A DNA stretch of 64,000 bases from the human T2T-CHM13v2.0 reference genome, Homo sapiens (GCF_009914755.1 NC_060925.1); one strand, 5' to 3'; counted from the first letter of the stretch, positions 29,741 through 43,943 are shown. Numbers and translations: made by a program. Notes: generated from the sequence alone by a model not told the origin.

Positions 29741-30109
29741 AATTTCTAGTGTAAGTTTTGGCAAATTACATATTTTTAGGAATTTCCCATTTTGTCCGAA
29801 TTTTTAAATATTTTTGCTGAATCACAAAGAAAATAAGGCATCAAAAGTAGAGGGATGCAATCAAAGCAGTGTTTAAAGGGAAACTTATAACATTAAATGC
29901 ATATATTGGAAAAGAATAAAGGTTAAAAATGTTTATGATTCAATTAAGCCTAGCAGTAGGTTACATATTGTTAAAGTAGTAAATGGGAAGCTAAATTTGA
30001 GGAAATTACATACAATACAGCACTGAAAGATAAAAGACAGAGAATTTAAAATCATGGAGAATATGATGGAAAATCTACAACTAATGGGAATTTAAGAATG
30101 AAATAACAA

Positions 30110-30407
<298 letters not shown>

Positions 30408-31043
30408 GAAATAACAGAGTATAGAAAATATTTAAAAGATAATAGCCGAAATTGTGGCTAGAACTGATGAACTATATTAATTCTCAGATTTAGTAACCAT
30501 AAGAAGTCTTAATATGTATAAATAAAAAGATACTAACACCCAGAAACATCACAGTGAAACTAAAATAGTCCTCCTTTATCTGCAAGGGATATGCTCCAAG
30601 ACCCCAGTGGATGCCTAAAACCACGGATAGTACCCAACCCTATATATACTATGGTTTTTTAAAATACATATATATCTATGATAATGTTTAATTTATAAAT
30701 TAGGCACAGTAAAAGATTAACAACAATAACTAATAATAAAATAGAACAAGTGTAACCATATGACAGCATCACTACTCTTGCACTTTGGAGCTATTATAAA
30801 GTAAAATAAGGGTTATATGAACACAAGCACTGTGATACTGTATGTTCTATCTGATAACAGAGATGGCCACTAAGTGACTAACGGGCAGGAGATAATGTAT
30901 ACACAGTGGGTATGCTGGCCAAAGGGATGATTCACTTCCTGGGCAAGACAGAGTAAAATGGCACAAGATTTTATCACACTACTCAGAAAGGCACACAATT
31001 TAAAACTCATGAATTTTTCTGGAATTTTTCATTTAATATTTTC

Positions 31044-34043
31044 TTTTAAAAAAATACTTTTATTTTAGGTTCTGGGGTACATGTGTAGGGTTGTTATACA
31101 GGTAAACTTGTGTCATGGGGGTTTGTTGTGCAGATTTTTTCATCACCCAGGTACTAAGCCTAGTATACAATAGTTATTTTTTCTGAACCCTCAAGTAGGC
31201 CCCAGTGTCTGTTGTTCCCCTCTTTGTGTCCATGAGTTCTCACCATTTAGCTTCCACTTGTAAGTGAGAGCATGCAGTATTTGGTTTTCTGTTACTGCCT
31301 TAGTTTGGTAAGGATAATAGCCTCCAGCTCCATCCATGTTCCCGCAAAAGACATGATCTCATTCTTTTTTATGGCTGCACAGTATTCCATGGCAAATATG
31401 TACATTTTCTTTATACAATCTGGCATTGATGGGCGTTAAGTTGATTCCATATCTTTGCTATTGTGACTAGTGCTGCAATGAATATTCATGTGCATGTATC
31501 TTCACGGCAGAATGATTTATAGTCCTTTGGGTATATATCCCGTAATGGGATTGCTGGGTTGAATGGTAGTTCTATTTTTAGCTCTTTGAGGAATTGCCAC
31601 ACTGCTTTCCACAGTGGTTGAACTAATTTACACTCCCACCAAGATTGTATAAGTATTCCCTTTTCTCTGGAACCTCGACAGTATCTATTATTTTTTGACT
31701 TTTTAATAACAGCCATTCTGACTGGTGTGAGATAGTATCTCATTGTGGTTTTGATTTGCATATCTCTATTATCAGTGATGTTGAGCTTTTTTTCATATGC
31801 TCGTTGGCTGCAAGTATGTCTTCTTTTGAAGGGTGTCTGTTTTTATCCTTTGCCCACTTTTTAATGGAGTTGTTTTCTTGTAAATTTGTCTAAATTCCTT
31901 ATAGATGCTAGATATTAGACCTTTGTCACATGCATAGTTTGCAAATATTTTATCCTATTCTATAGGCTGTTTCCTCTGTTGATAATTTCTTTTGCTGTGC
32001 ATAAGCCCTTAAGTTTAATTAAATCCTATTTGTTAATTTTTGCTTTTGTTGCAGTTGCCTTTGGCATCTTTCATTATGAAATATTTGCTTGTTCCTATGT
32101 CCAGAATGGTATTTCCTAGCTTATCTTCCATGGTTTTTATAGTTTTAGGTTTTATGTTTAAATCTTTAATCCATCTTGAGTTGATTTTTGTATATGATGT
32201 AAGAAAGGGGTCCAATTTCAACCTTCTGCATATAGCTAGCCAGCTATCCAAGCACAATTCATTGACTAGGGAGTCCTTTACCCATTGTTTGTTTTTATCA
32301 GCTTTGTTGAAGATCAGACGGTTTTAGGTGTGCAGCCTTATTTTTGGGCTCTGTATTCTGTTCCATTGGTCTATGTGTCTGTTTTTGTACCATGCTGTTT
32401 TGATTACTGTAGTCCTGTAGTACAGTTTGAAGTTGGATAATGTGATGCCTCCAGCTTTGTTCTTTTTGCTTAGGATTGCTTTAGCTATTTGGGGTCTTTT
32501 TTGGTTCCACATGAATTTTAAAATAATTTTTTTCTAGTTCTGTGAAGAACATCTTCGGCAGTTTGATAGAAATAGCACTGAATTGGTAAATTGCTTTGGG
32601 TAGCCATTTTAATGATACTGATTCTTTCTATCCATGAGCATGGAATGTTTTTCCATTTGTTTGTGTCTTCTCTGATTACTTTTAGCAGTGTTTTGTAGTT
32701 CTCATTGTAGAGATCTTTCACCTCCCTGGTAAGCTGTATTCTAGATATTTTAGTCTTTTATGTCAATCGTGAATGAGATTGCATTCCTAATTTGGCTCTC
32801 AGCTTGGCTGTTTTTGGTGTATTGCAATGCTAATGATTTCATACATTGATTTCCTATCCTGCAACTTTGCTGAAGTTATTTATCAGCTGAAGGAGATTTG
32901 GGGCTGAGATTATGGGGTTTTCTAGATATAGAATAATGTTGTCTGCAAAGAGGGATAGTTTGACTTCCTCTCTTCCTATTTGGATGCCTCATCTACAAAG
33001 GAAACGCCATCAGGCTAACAGTGGACCTCTCAGCACAAACCCTACAAGACAGTGGAGATCAGGAGCCTGTGTTCAACATTCTTAAAGAAAAAAATCTTCA
33101 ACCAAGAATTTCCTACCCAGCCAAACTAAACTTCCTAAGCAAAGGAAAAATAAGATCCTTTTCAGATAAGCAAATGCTGAGGGAGTTCATTACCACCAGA
33201 CCCACCTTACAAGAGATCTTGAATGAAGCACTAAATATGGAAAGGAAAGACTGTCACCAGCATATACAAAAACACACTGAAGTACACAGATCAGTGATAC
33301 TATAAAGCAACCTCACAAACAAGTCAGCATAATAAACAGCTAACAACACAATGACAGGATCAAATCCACACATATCAATAATAACCTTGGCCTGGCGCGG
33401 TGGCTTATGCCTGTAATCCCAGCACTTAGGGAGGCCGAGGCAAGTGGATCATGAGGTCAGGAGTTTGAGACCAGCCTGGCCAACATGGTAAAACCCCATC
33501 TCTACTAAAAATACAAAAATTAGCCAGGTGTGGTGGTGTGCTCCTGTAATCCCAGCTACTAAGGAGGCTGAGGCAGGAGAATCACTTGAACCTGGGAAGT
33601 GGAGATTTCAGTGAGACGAGATTGTGCCACTGCACTCTAGCCTGGGCAGTAGAGTGAGACTCTGTCTCAAAATAATAATAACATTCAATGTAAATGGACT
33701 AAATGCCCTATTTAAAAGGCACAGAGTGACAAGCTAGATTAAAAAGCAAGACCCAATGGTATGATGTCTTCAAGAAACCTATCTCACATGGAATGACACC
33801 CATAGACTCAAAATAAAGGAGTGGAGGAAAATCTACCAAGCAAATGGAAATCAGAAAAATGCAGGGGCTGTTACCCTAATTTTAGACAAAACAGACTTTA
33901 AGCCAACAAAGATCAAAAAAGACAAAGAAGGGCATTACATAATGGTAAAGGGTTCAATTCAACAAGAAGACCTAACTATCCTAAATATATATGTACCCAA
34001 CACAGGAGCACCTAGATTCATAAAGCAAGTTCTTAGAGACCTA
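31044..34043 (-). mobile_element. Twin-primed (5'-inverted) L1PA13-16-like insertion
   Basis: Minus-strand 3'UTR and ORF2 at 31044-32988; plus-strand ORF1 end and ORF2 endonuclease region at 32989-34043; TSD CATTTAATATTTTC at 31030-31043 and 34044-34057. Confidence 0.9.
33389..33675 (+). mobile_element. AluS(g) inside the inverted L1 segment
   Basis: Dimeric Alu interrupting the ORF2 N-terminus. Confidence 0.92.
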
Positions 34044-34349
34044 CATTTAATATTTTCAAACCATAGTTGACCACAAGTAACTGAAACCTTGGATAACTGA
34101 AACTGTGGAAAGTGAAATGGTGGATAAAAGGTAACTACTGTACAGAACACCAAAGAAAAAGAGACAATCTGAAAAGAGAGAAAAGACAGGTACTTACAGA
34201 AGAATGACAATTAGATTGATAGCAGTTGTCTCAAAAGCAACAATTAGGCTCAGGTATTATTCAAATTGAGACAAAACAGATACATTTTCAGAGAAACAAA
34301 GACCACTAAATGAAAAAAGATGACTACTCATAGACCTTTAATGAAAAGG

Positions 34350-34615
34350 ACACAAAATCACAGCTAGATAGGAGTAAGTTCTAGTGTTCTATAACACTGC
34401 AGGATGACTATAGTTAACAGCAATATATTATATAGTTTCACATAGCTAGAAGGAAGACATTGAATGTTCCCTACATGAAGAAATAATGTTTCAGAAGATA
34501 AATATGCTAATTACCCTGATCTGATCATTATACATTATATATATTGAAAGATCACTATGTATTCCATAACTATGTACAATTATTAGTCAATTTAAAATTA
34601 CAATTTTTAAAAAGC
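34350..34615 (+). mobile_element. L1MA-type 3'UTR fragment
   Basis: GCTAGATAGGAGTAAGTTCTAGTG...TTACCCTGATCTGATCATTATACA. Confidence 0.7.
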
Positions 34616-34989
34616 TGCTAGAGCAAAAATTCAGGAGAAAGGAAGCTGAATCCAGAAAGATGGAGTTGGATGCAAGAAGGAGCAGTGAGCAAAGAAATGG
34701 AAATTGATAAGCATGTAGATGAGTGTAGAGAAGCACTGGTACCTAAAACATTACAATCACAATAATAATGATAATGACTAATTTCAGGGATGGTAGTATT
34801 ATGTCAATAATGTAATAAAATATAAGATGAGAAAGGATAATTAAAGCATTCTGAAGTTCCTGCCTTATTTGGAGGAAAGTAGAGATATTTAGCTTTAGAC
34901 TTGTTAAATCAAATATAATTATTAAAATTTAAGATTTTTAAAACGTATGAAACCAGTAAGAATTGTATTTAGGAATATAGAAATTTTGA

Positions 34990-35322
<333 letters not shown>

Positions 35323-35919
35323 CAAGTAATCCTAAATCCAGAATAAACTGCCTTATGTTAGTATGTCGGCTCTCAATGCTCTTAAGGACCCAGGCTCTTT
35401 TTTTCTCTTTATGTTCAATCATATGTAGTGCCTGTTCTCATGTTCACCACTTCACAATCTCAAGATGGATATTCATTCTAGCCCACTGGAGGGCTCCAGG
35501 CAGAAAGAGAGGTAAAGCAAAGAGCAAAAAGCACATGCCAGCTGATTTGACCCCCTTATTAAGGGCTTTCTAGAAGCCTATTCAGCAAACTTTTGTACAC
35601 TTTTTATTGGCCAAACTATCTTCTTAGGGTACCAAAGTTGTTAGGGATGCTTGGAAATATGATATTTTACATAAGCCTATTGCCATACCAAACGAAAAAT
35701 TTTAACTTTCTGTAAGTGAGAAAGAGAGGGAGACTGCATATTGGATAAGCAACCAGAAATGCCTGCCACCAAAAAATAGAACATAAAATTTTTAAATTAG
35801 TAGAAGGAACAAAGGGGATAAAGAAAACTGAATTCAATTAATTCAGAAAAGGAAGAATGAGAAAAAGCATGTAAATAAAATGATGAACTAATATGTGAGA
35901 AAAAGTCAAAATATATTTC

Positions 35920-37700
35920 TTTTAAAAACTTTATTTTCAATTTATAAACAGTAAAATCTACTCTTTTGGTGTACAGTTATATGAGTTTTGATAAATGCAT
36001 ACAGTTATGTAATCACACCACAACTAAGAAACAAAACAGATACATCACTCCCAAAAATTTCCTCATGCTATATCTTTGTGGTCAATTCTTTTCCCCAACA
36101 CCATTCCCTAGCAACCAATGATGTTCTCCAGACCTACAGTTTTGCCATTTTTAGAAGGTCTATGAATGTAATTTTATAATTTGTATGTACCCCTTGGAGG
36201 CTGGCTTATTTCTCTTAGCACAATGCATTTTAAATTCTTCCTTGTTGTGCCTATCGATACTCCATTCCTTTTTTATTGCTGAGTAATATTTCATTGTAAG
36301 ATGTTCCACGATTTGTTTATTCATTCACCAATGGAAGAATGTTTGTTTCCAGACATTTGAGATTATAAATAAAGCTGCTATACAGATTCATATAAAGGTT
36401 TTGTAAACATAAGTTTTCATGTCTCTTGGGTAAATACACAGGAGTGAGATTGGTGAGTCATGTGGCAAGTATATATTTAACTTTATAAGAAACTCCCAAA
36501 CTGTTTCCCAAAGTGGTTGTACCATTTTGCATTCTCACCAACAATGTATGCAAGTTTCATTGTCTTCATATCTTCACCAGCACTTGGCATTAACAGGTTT
36601 GTTGTTGCTATTCCAATAGGTACACAGTGGTATCTCATTGTGGTTTTAGTGTGTATTTCTCTAATGACTTAGGATGTTGAGCGTCTTTCCAAGTGCTTTT
36701 ATTCCATCCATATATCTTCCTTGGTGTCCCAAATCTGTTCAAATCTTTTCTCTTCTAAATCTATTTTTAATTACAATAAATACTAATGGACTAAACTAGT
36801 TTTTAAAAAGAAGCAGAAATTATCAACCTGTATAAAATAAAAAAAATCCAACTGTATACTATTAAAAAGATACCAAAATGTTGAAAACAAAAGGATGGAA
36901 AAATTATAGCAGGCAAATACCAAAATAAAGCTGATGTAACTATAGTCAATTTTATACATAAAATTGATTTAAGGCAAAAAGCATTATTTGGGATAAAAGG
37001 TAACTAAATAATAAGAAAAAAATTAACTGAGAAAAATAGCAATACTTGTAGACACTTAATAACAACCTCTATTTGTATAAAGTAAAAACTGACATAATTG
37101 CAAGGAGAAATTCATAAATCCACAGTGATAGTGGAAACTTGTTAAACTGAACTGAAAAATAATATTGGGAAAAACATAGAAGATTGAACTTCATAATAAA
37201 ACAATCTACTGAACAAATTTAGACCCCTACACTCAATAATTAGAGAACATATATTTTTATAGCACAACATTTAAAAAAAAACATGTACAAGCCTACAAAG
37301 CAAATCTTCACAAATCAAAGAATTGACATATAAAACATGTTCTCTGATCACAGTGTGATAAGAGAAATAATAATAAAACATCATATTTGGAAAATTCAAA
37401 ACAATTTGTAAATAACTAATGGGTCAAAAAGTATAAGAAAATGTAGAACTGGATGGTGATGAGTACACTAAAAACCAAAACATGTGGGATACCACTAAAA
37501 AGAAAATTTAAAACCTTAAATGCACACAGAAAACTAAAAAAAGCTAAAAATGAATCAAATATTAATTCAAGATGTTAGAAAGAACAGAATAAAACCAAAA
37601 TAAAATGTTCTCTGAAAAAAGAAATAAAACAGTACAACAGGCATGATTAAGAAAAAAACATAGAAGGCACAAGTAACAATCTTTGCAGGGAAAATGGGCA
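35920..37700. mobile_element. Old L1M fragments (minus-strand 3' region ~35920-36760; plus-strand ORF2 endonuclease remnant ~36770-37700)
   Basis: CCAAACTGTTTCCCAAAGTGGTTGTACC motif; degenerate A-rich ORF2 sequence. Confidence 0.7.
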
Positions 37701-38052
37701 AATCTACAGAAACAGTTGAGATTAAGTCAGATGTGGGACTAGAATCCAGATTCTGACATTTATTATCCTTGTTTGTGACCTCTAAGCTTCAGTTTGCTCA
37801 TATGCAAAATGGAAATGTTATTTACTCTGATATTTGCACTGAGAATGCCTAGTCACAATGGTCACTCAGCAAATACTAATTCCTTTCCTCTCCCTTCAAT
37901 TCTTTTTAGTTAGTAGTTCTATAGAATGAAGAGGGCAAAACAAATAAAATATGACATTTTGTGAATTATTAATCATCTATATAGGCAGCCATATTCTCTA
38001 TCAACGTGCATAAGCAAGAATTGATCGTACTTTGTTTTAAATGTGTTCTTAC

Positions 38053-38181
38053 CTGCCAAAACATTTTCTTGAGTGTATAAAATTCTACATCCAAAGCAAC
38101 CATAAATATAATTAAAGGTGAAAAGTAAGAATAAAGTGAAAAACTTGATGTTCTTAGAAGAGGGTAGACAATTTGGTGCAC
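38053..38181 (-). CDS. SLC9C2: SLC9C2 exon 4, VHQIVYPLL...KKMFWQ
   Basis: Acceptor ttactttag and donor CAG|GTAAGA; 129 nt; hydrophobic NHE-type segment. Confidence 0.95.
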
Positions 38182-39275
38182 CTAAAGTAACAAAGGCAAA
38201 CAAGAAATTAGTTTGCTACCATTTCCAAGTATTAGAAACTAGGTTGATGCTGTCAATCAATATAAATTTTAGAATCTTTCAGTTTACAGCTAACGAGAGA
38301 GTATCTACAAGGGCAGTCCTAAGGGTCCTGTGGTAGATTTCTTGATCTAGCCATCCAGATAGGTTACCTATATAGACCTCTATTCACCAGATAATTGAGT
38401 GGTTTTGGGCTACACAAACACTGCTTGTGGTGTGCAATCAGTATTTTCAAAAGTGATATCCCTACTATTGGTGATATCAGAAAATATTTTTGGTGATTCA
38501 CAGGTAAGTATTTTTTAATTTGACTGTTAGATGTTTATTTCAATTTGCTTTAGATGAGGGAAAGAATCTTAAACAGGTACTTGTTTCACAAACATTGGCT
38601 TAGGATTTTTAAATCTTTAAGTGAGTCAGTAGAGAAAAATAATTCATAGAAAATAGTAGATTGTATACATAAGACATAAATCATGAAGGTTGTACACAGA
38701 TTAATGGAAAATACAACAATAATGATTGAAGTGCTATAAATATTCCCTCCTAAAAAGTTTATTTTGTCCCAATCAATAGTTTAACTTTCATTACTTCACC
38801 TCCCTATACCTCAGTTTGCTCATCTGTAAAATGGAAATAGAGTATCTGCTTTCAATGGGTTGCTGTGAGAGTGAATAAATTAACTCAAGGGTTAATAAGC
38901 TAATAAATTAATAAATACAAAGCACTTAAAAGAGAGCCTGGCACTTAGTAAACACTCTAAAGATGTCAGCTAGTAGTAGTGATGGTATTTCAGAAGATTA
39001 GGAAGAAGCGTTTACAATCCTAGATGGGTACAAGCATTATCTCCATTTTTCAAAAATAAAGGAATGAGTGGAGGCAAATTGTTATTGATCACACTGCTAT
39101 GCAGTTGAAATCAGAAGTTAATACTAGGTTAATGAATGAATGAATGTTTTCTTGTATCTATGGTATATATTATATGAAGCTATGAAGTGTGTTTTACATT
39201 GAATCTGGCAGTGACCATGCCTCATGATGAACACAACTGCTGCCTTTTATAAGCAGGTCTTTTATAAGCAGGCCC

Positions 39276-39388
39276 TTTTTTTTTTGAGACGGAGTCTCGC
39301 TCTGTCACCCAGGCTGGAGTGCAGTGGCGAGATCTCAGCTCACTGCAAGCTCCGCTTCCCGGGTTCACGCCATTCTCCTGCCTCAGCC
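39276..39388 (-). mobile_element. 5'-truncated AluY (partial right arm)
   Basis: TSD TATAAGCAGGCC at 39263-39274 and 39389-39400. Confidence 0.9.
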
Positions 39389-39508
39389 TATAAGCAGGCC
39401 TTTTATAAGGCAACAGCAAGGAGGAAGCCAGTGTATGTGCAGGGGAAGGAAGCCAGAGCAAGGCTCCAGAAGCAGATGATGAACCCAAGAGCGCAAACAC
39501 ATTTTCCT

Positions 39509-40091
<583 letters not shown>

Positions 40092-40267
40092 TAATTGATG
40101 TGTCCTTTACTGTGTGGTTATTTTCCAAATTTTTTAATACCAGATAAAATTTTTTGAGTAGCTGTTCCCATAAGAAAAAACATTCCATGCATTCAGGGAT
40201 GAGATGGGAGTGGACTTTATTTTTGGCATTTTTTCCTTTATTCTCTAATTTATTGTACATACAGTAC

Positions 40268-40368
40268 CTCAACAGAATTGTAGGCCATGTGTCCTATCAC
40301 GAATCCTGATAGAGAAAGAATCGTCAAAACAATGACTTCACAATTCTTTAAACACATCTTCAAAAGCC
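40268..40368 (-). CDS. SLC9C2: SLC9C2 exon 3, GLLKMCLKNCEVIV...AYNSVE
   Basis: Acceptor ctgtttttcacatttag and donor GAG|GTACTG; 101 nt; phase 1 to 0, in frame with both neighbours. Confidence 0.93.
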
Positions 40369-40813
40369 CTAAATGTGAAAAACAGAATAGTTGCATGAGT
40401 ACTCGAAGTACAGTTTCTACCAAATGTGTATCACTTTTGCACCATCCCAAAGTAAGTCAAGACCTTCTGTATTCAATTAATATTTAATGATGTGGCTTAA
40501 CTTTGGGATGGTGCAAAAGTGATACACATTTGGTAGAAACTGTACTTTGAGTACTCGTACAACTATTCTGTTTTTCACGTTTAGTACAATATTTACAAAA
40601 TTACATGAGATAGTCAACACTTTATTATAAAATAGACTTTGTGTTAGATGATTTTCCCTGACTGTAGGCAAATGTGTTATGAAAGCTTTTAAGGTAGGCT
40701 AGGCTCAGTTATGATGTTCAGTAGGTTAGTTGTATTAAATGCATTTCAACTTACAATATTTTAAATTTATGATGGGTTTATTAGGACACAACCTGATAGT
40801 CAAGGAGCATCTG
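40369..40813 (-). mobile_element. MER47A-like Tigger MITE with an inverted duplication of its terminal segment
   Basis: The minus strand begins TA|CAGATGCTCCTTGACT at 40813. 85-bp inverted repeat at 40369-40453 and 40500-40584. Confidence 0.8.
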
Positions 40814-41800
40814 TACTTCTTACAGGTAAGACCAGATAAAGATATGTTTTTTACACTCTTTCTGCAATGCTCTTTACTACTGGAGCATTTGTCTCTATAA
40901 AGGATATAGAGCTAGTCCATGGTCATCAGCAACTTGTGATATCAAAAGTGACCAAGGTCATTAGTGAGTATATTAAAGATTCCCAAAGAAAGCAATTTCA
41001 CTCTTTGATACAATGGGTAAAATTGAAGGAGTTTATACATATTTGCTTCTGTATAGTATTCCTAGTTCCAGAAAGGATTTTAAAGCAGCTATTTTTCCTT
41101 TTTCCTAATCCCTAGTGTTGAATTGTGGACTAAAGCATCTGTGTGTTGAATATGTTACTTGATCTGCATGAATATCATTCTCTATACCTGTTGAATTCTT
41201 AATCATTGTTTAAGAGGTCCTTATTTGTGAAGCCTTTCCTAATTTCCTTCTTGGGGTTGGGGTGGGTTATTTATCTTCCCTGAAGAGAGATTACACCAAA
41301 AGCCATAATAAAATGGACAAAATGAATGACATCAATTATGTAAATCATGAATTGTATGCCTGGGCTCTATTTGTGTGTTTGCTCGCATTGTCCTCCCCTC
41401 ATCTCAGATATTTTGGTCAGGTTAGGTCTGGCCAGGCAGGCAGTGTACAGCTCTTCCTCCTCCTTGTGAGCAGAGAATCTTGACGACAACTTTATAGTTA
41501 TACTTAACACACTGCATAGTAATTATGTGTTTGCCAATCTCTCCCATGAGAGGGCTTCTTGAAGTTAAGTTATTCTTCTTACATGTCTACCACACTACCA
41601 TGCTCAGCAAATGTCACTGAATACAGGAATATAGAATAGACACTACTTATAATTAAATGAAGCGAGATTGACAGTATTCACTCATGTCTTATCGTTTCAA
41701 TGGGCCCCTTCTTTTGATGTTATGTAGTTGTGATGGCTTTCTGCATTGACAAAAGGTTCACAGGGCAGAGGAAAGATGAGTTTCAAAAACAACCACCTAC

Positions 41801-41927
41801 CTCCCAAAACAACAATGAAGCATACAAGCGTTGTGAAATGTTTCTCTTCAACAAGGTAGTCAGCTGGCTGCCCGCAGAGTAAATCAGGTCTGTTACTTTC
41901 ATTTTGTGCCCAGAAGTAAGAACTCAT
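41801..41927 (-). CDS. SLC9C2: SLC9C2 (Na+/H+ exchanger 11) first coding exon, MSSYFWAQ...FIVVLG
   Basis: ATG at 41927 and donor G|GTAGGT at 41801/41800; 127 nt. The peptide is recognised as the SLC9C2 N-terminus. Confidence 0.95.
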
Positions 41928-42006
41928 TTTTGCTGCTGCTTTTCCCCAGACCTAACTTGATGGAGTGGTTTGGTTATTATTGACACTTTCACTTCTGCAT
42001 GCTAAC
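41928..42006 (-). other. SLC9C2: SLC9C2 exon 2, 5'UTR part (79 nt)
   Basis: Acceptor ttctttttgcatgctatacag|G at 42007/42006, followed by 79 nt to the ATG at 41927. Confidence 0.8.
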
Positions 42007-42901
42007 CTGTATAGCATGCAAAAAGAACATGAGACCTACCAAGATCCAATTCATCCATACCATTTCTACCTAAGATTGTGCCACACTCAGATCTGAACAT
42101 GTCTCTTCTTGTCACAGGGCACACATTAATACCTCTTGTCCTACCCCTTGCTCCAAGAACATTTTATAGGAACACTAACAGCAGTGTTAGTGTTTACTCC
42201 CTGTACTGTTACATGTATATGGGAGAGGGGGTGCATTGATAGGTGCACTTACCATTGTAATGATATAGTAATGTGCTTGCTTTCCCCATTGGACAGTGAG
42301 TTTCTCAAAGGCCAGGGCCCGAACTTTCCTTAAGGCTGTGCACATAGCATGTGGCACGAGATAGGCTGTCCAAAAATATTTGATGGGCTGAACTATTTGA
42401 GGGGGAAGGAGCATGGATAAATGTTATGCTCCCCCTTCTCTGTGGGTATAAATCATTCTGGAATTCCATTTTACCACTCCAGCCCTAATATATCTTTTTC
42501 TTCTCTCAGCACCCTTCCAATAAAAGATGGCAAATGGGAAACAAAGTCAAAGTTGAGTCACACCAGTTAAGGTTGGGGGTGAGGATAAGGGTGAATAACC
42601 TGAAAATAAAGGAAAAGACCAAGGTTTGATCATATGATGCCTTTGAGTGAATTAGAAAAAGGCCCCCTTCCTCAGAGCAATGAAGCCTGTCAACAAGGCA
42701 CATGGCTTGGCATGTGACTACCAGGCTGGATTTCAGCCCCAGTATCTCACCTCAGCTGGTGCTCTGTGTAGGATGTAACCTGTGCAAATCTATGCAGTGG
42801 TCCTGAGAAAGATTTGTTCTGTTTTATTTTTCCTTGCAGCTAGCCTTAATCTAAAAATCCTAGAGGTTCCTCAAGTATCTCCAATAATATTTAAGGCTTA
42901 C

Positions 42902-43240
42902 CTTTGGTCCTTTGTTTTGCAGGTCTACAGGTCACAATGATTCTGGTGTGAAGCAGAGGATGGGCCAGAAAGAGATTCAAAATGCTACATCTTCAAATCA
43001 CTTCACCTGTCCCTCCAGTAGCCCTTCAGGTCCTTGGCATCTTCAACTCCTGCTATCCTCACATGTAATGACCCTCAAATTAAGTTCTACAAATTACCCA
43101 GATCAGAGATATGTTCCTTAAAGATTAAGCTGCTTTAAAGTTGAAATTGAGATGAAGGCTCTCAAAATCCCAAAGAACAATGCACAGTTATGCGTCTGTT
43201 TGCCAGGGACAGTACTACCAACTGATATCACACCAAAATC
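42902..43240 (-). other. SLC9C2: Candidate non-coding first exon of SLC9C2 (5' boundary approximate)
   Basis: Strong minus-strand donor CAAAG|GTAAGC with the exon ending at 42902, ~0.9 kb upstream of the exon 2 acceptor. CCAAT boxes lie just upstream. The TSS cannot be fixed from sequence alone. Confidence 0.6.
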
Positions 43241-43254
43241 CATTTCCATGCCTA

Positions 43255-43400
43255 CTTCTCATTGGTTTCTTGCCAGCCTGCTTTCGTTCTGATTGGCTGC
43301 CTACATTATCCCCACCCCCAATCCAGAAGAAGCCAAGTGATCTAGTTCTTGGGAAGCTTTCATTTTTTAACACTCAAGTTACGTAAGTACCCACAACTGT
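43255..43400 (-). promoter_or_regulatory. Candidate SLC9C2 proximal promoter
   Basis: Two minus-strand CCAAT boxes (ATTGG at 43261 and 43292), palindromic TTACGTAA (43379-43386) and CAACTG (43395-43400). No CpG island. Confidence 0.45.
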
Positions 43401-43432
43401 TTTAACTGATTTTTTTTTTTTTTTGCTGACAT

Positions 43433-43943
43433 TGTAGAATGAATTCATGAATTTTACAAGTATAATCAAAGACAACCAAAAATTTTTACTTTTCCCTTCA
43501 AAAGCTAAGTGTAGTGTAGCTCCCCTGTAGTCTAAGTTAGAGAAGAATACTAACAGCGTGTTTTTCCTTCTGTGCTCAGCAAGCCTTATCTGTACTTGCT
43601 AGTTTCACATTCCTTGAGGCTCAGGGAGTTCCTGTTTCACCTCCCTAGCGCAGCTGCAAAGTTACAAGGTTAATACAGAAACATGGTTTCCCAGGGATGT
43701 GGAACACGTAGCATAGATAAATGTAAAAGACTGATCAACTGCCTTTGTTCTCGCTCTTGTAAGTACGCTTCCTGCATCACGTAGCTCCTGGCCACTGACT
43801 GCTTAAAAGGTGGCTGCTTTCTTTGTCCAGGGCTCAGACTTTCCTGGACGCTAGTCCTACTGAGCCAGGTGATCACCTTTTAATAAAGACCTTTCCTGAA
43901 CTCACTCTGTTCGGTCTCTCCCATCTTTGATTGTCCCAAAACA
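43433..43943 (+). mobile_element. ERV1 solo LTR, LTR10 (HERV-I)-like
   Basis: TG...CA ends, 511 bp, 4-bp TSD ACAT at 43429-43432 and 43944-43947, AATAAA at 43882-43887, and a GGCTCAGACTTT...ACTGAGCC R-region hairpin. The subfamily name is from memory. Confidence 0.8.

Larger units (their letters stand above)
30562..34140 (+). mobile_element. MER44 (Tigger7-type), split by an L1 into 30562-31043 and 34058-34140
   Basis: TAGTCCTCCTTTATCTG... and ...GGATAAAAGGTAACTACTG|TA termini. The two halves join seamlessly across the L1 TSD. Confidence 0.8.
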
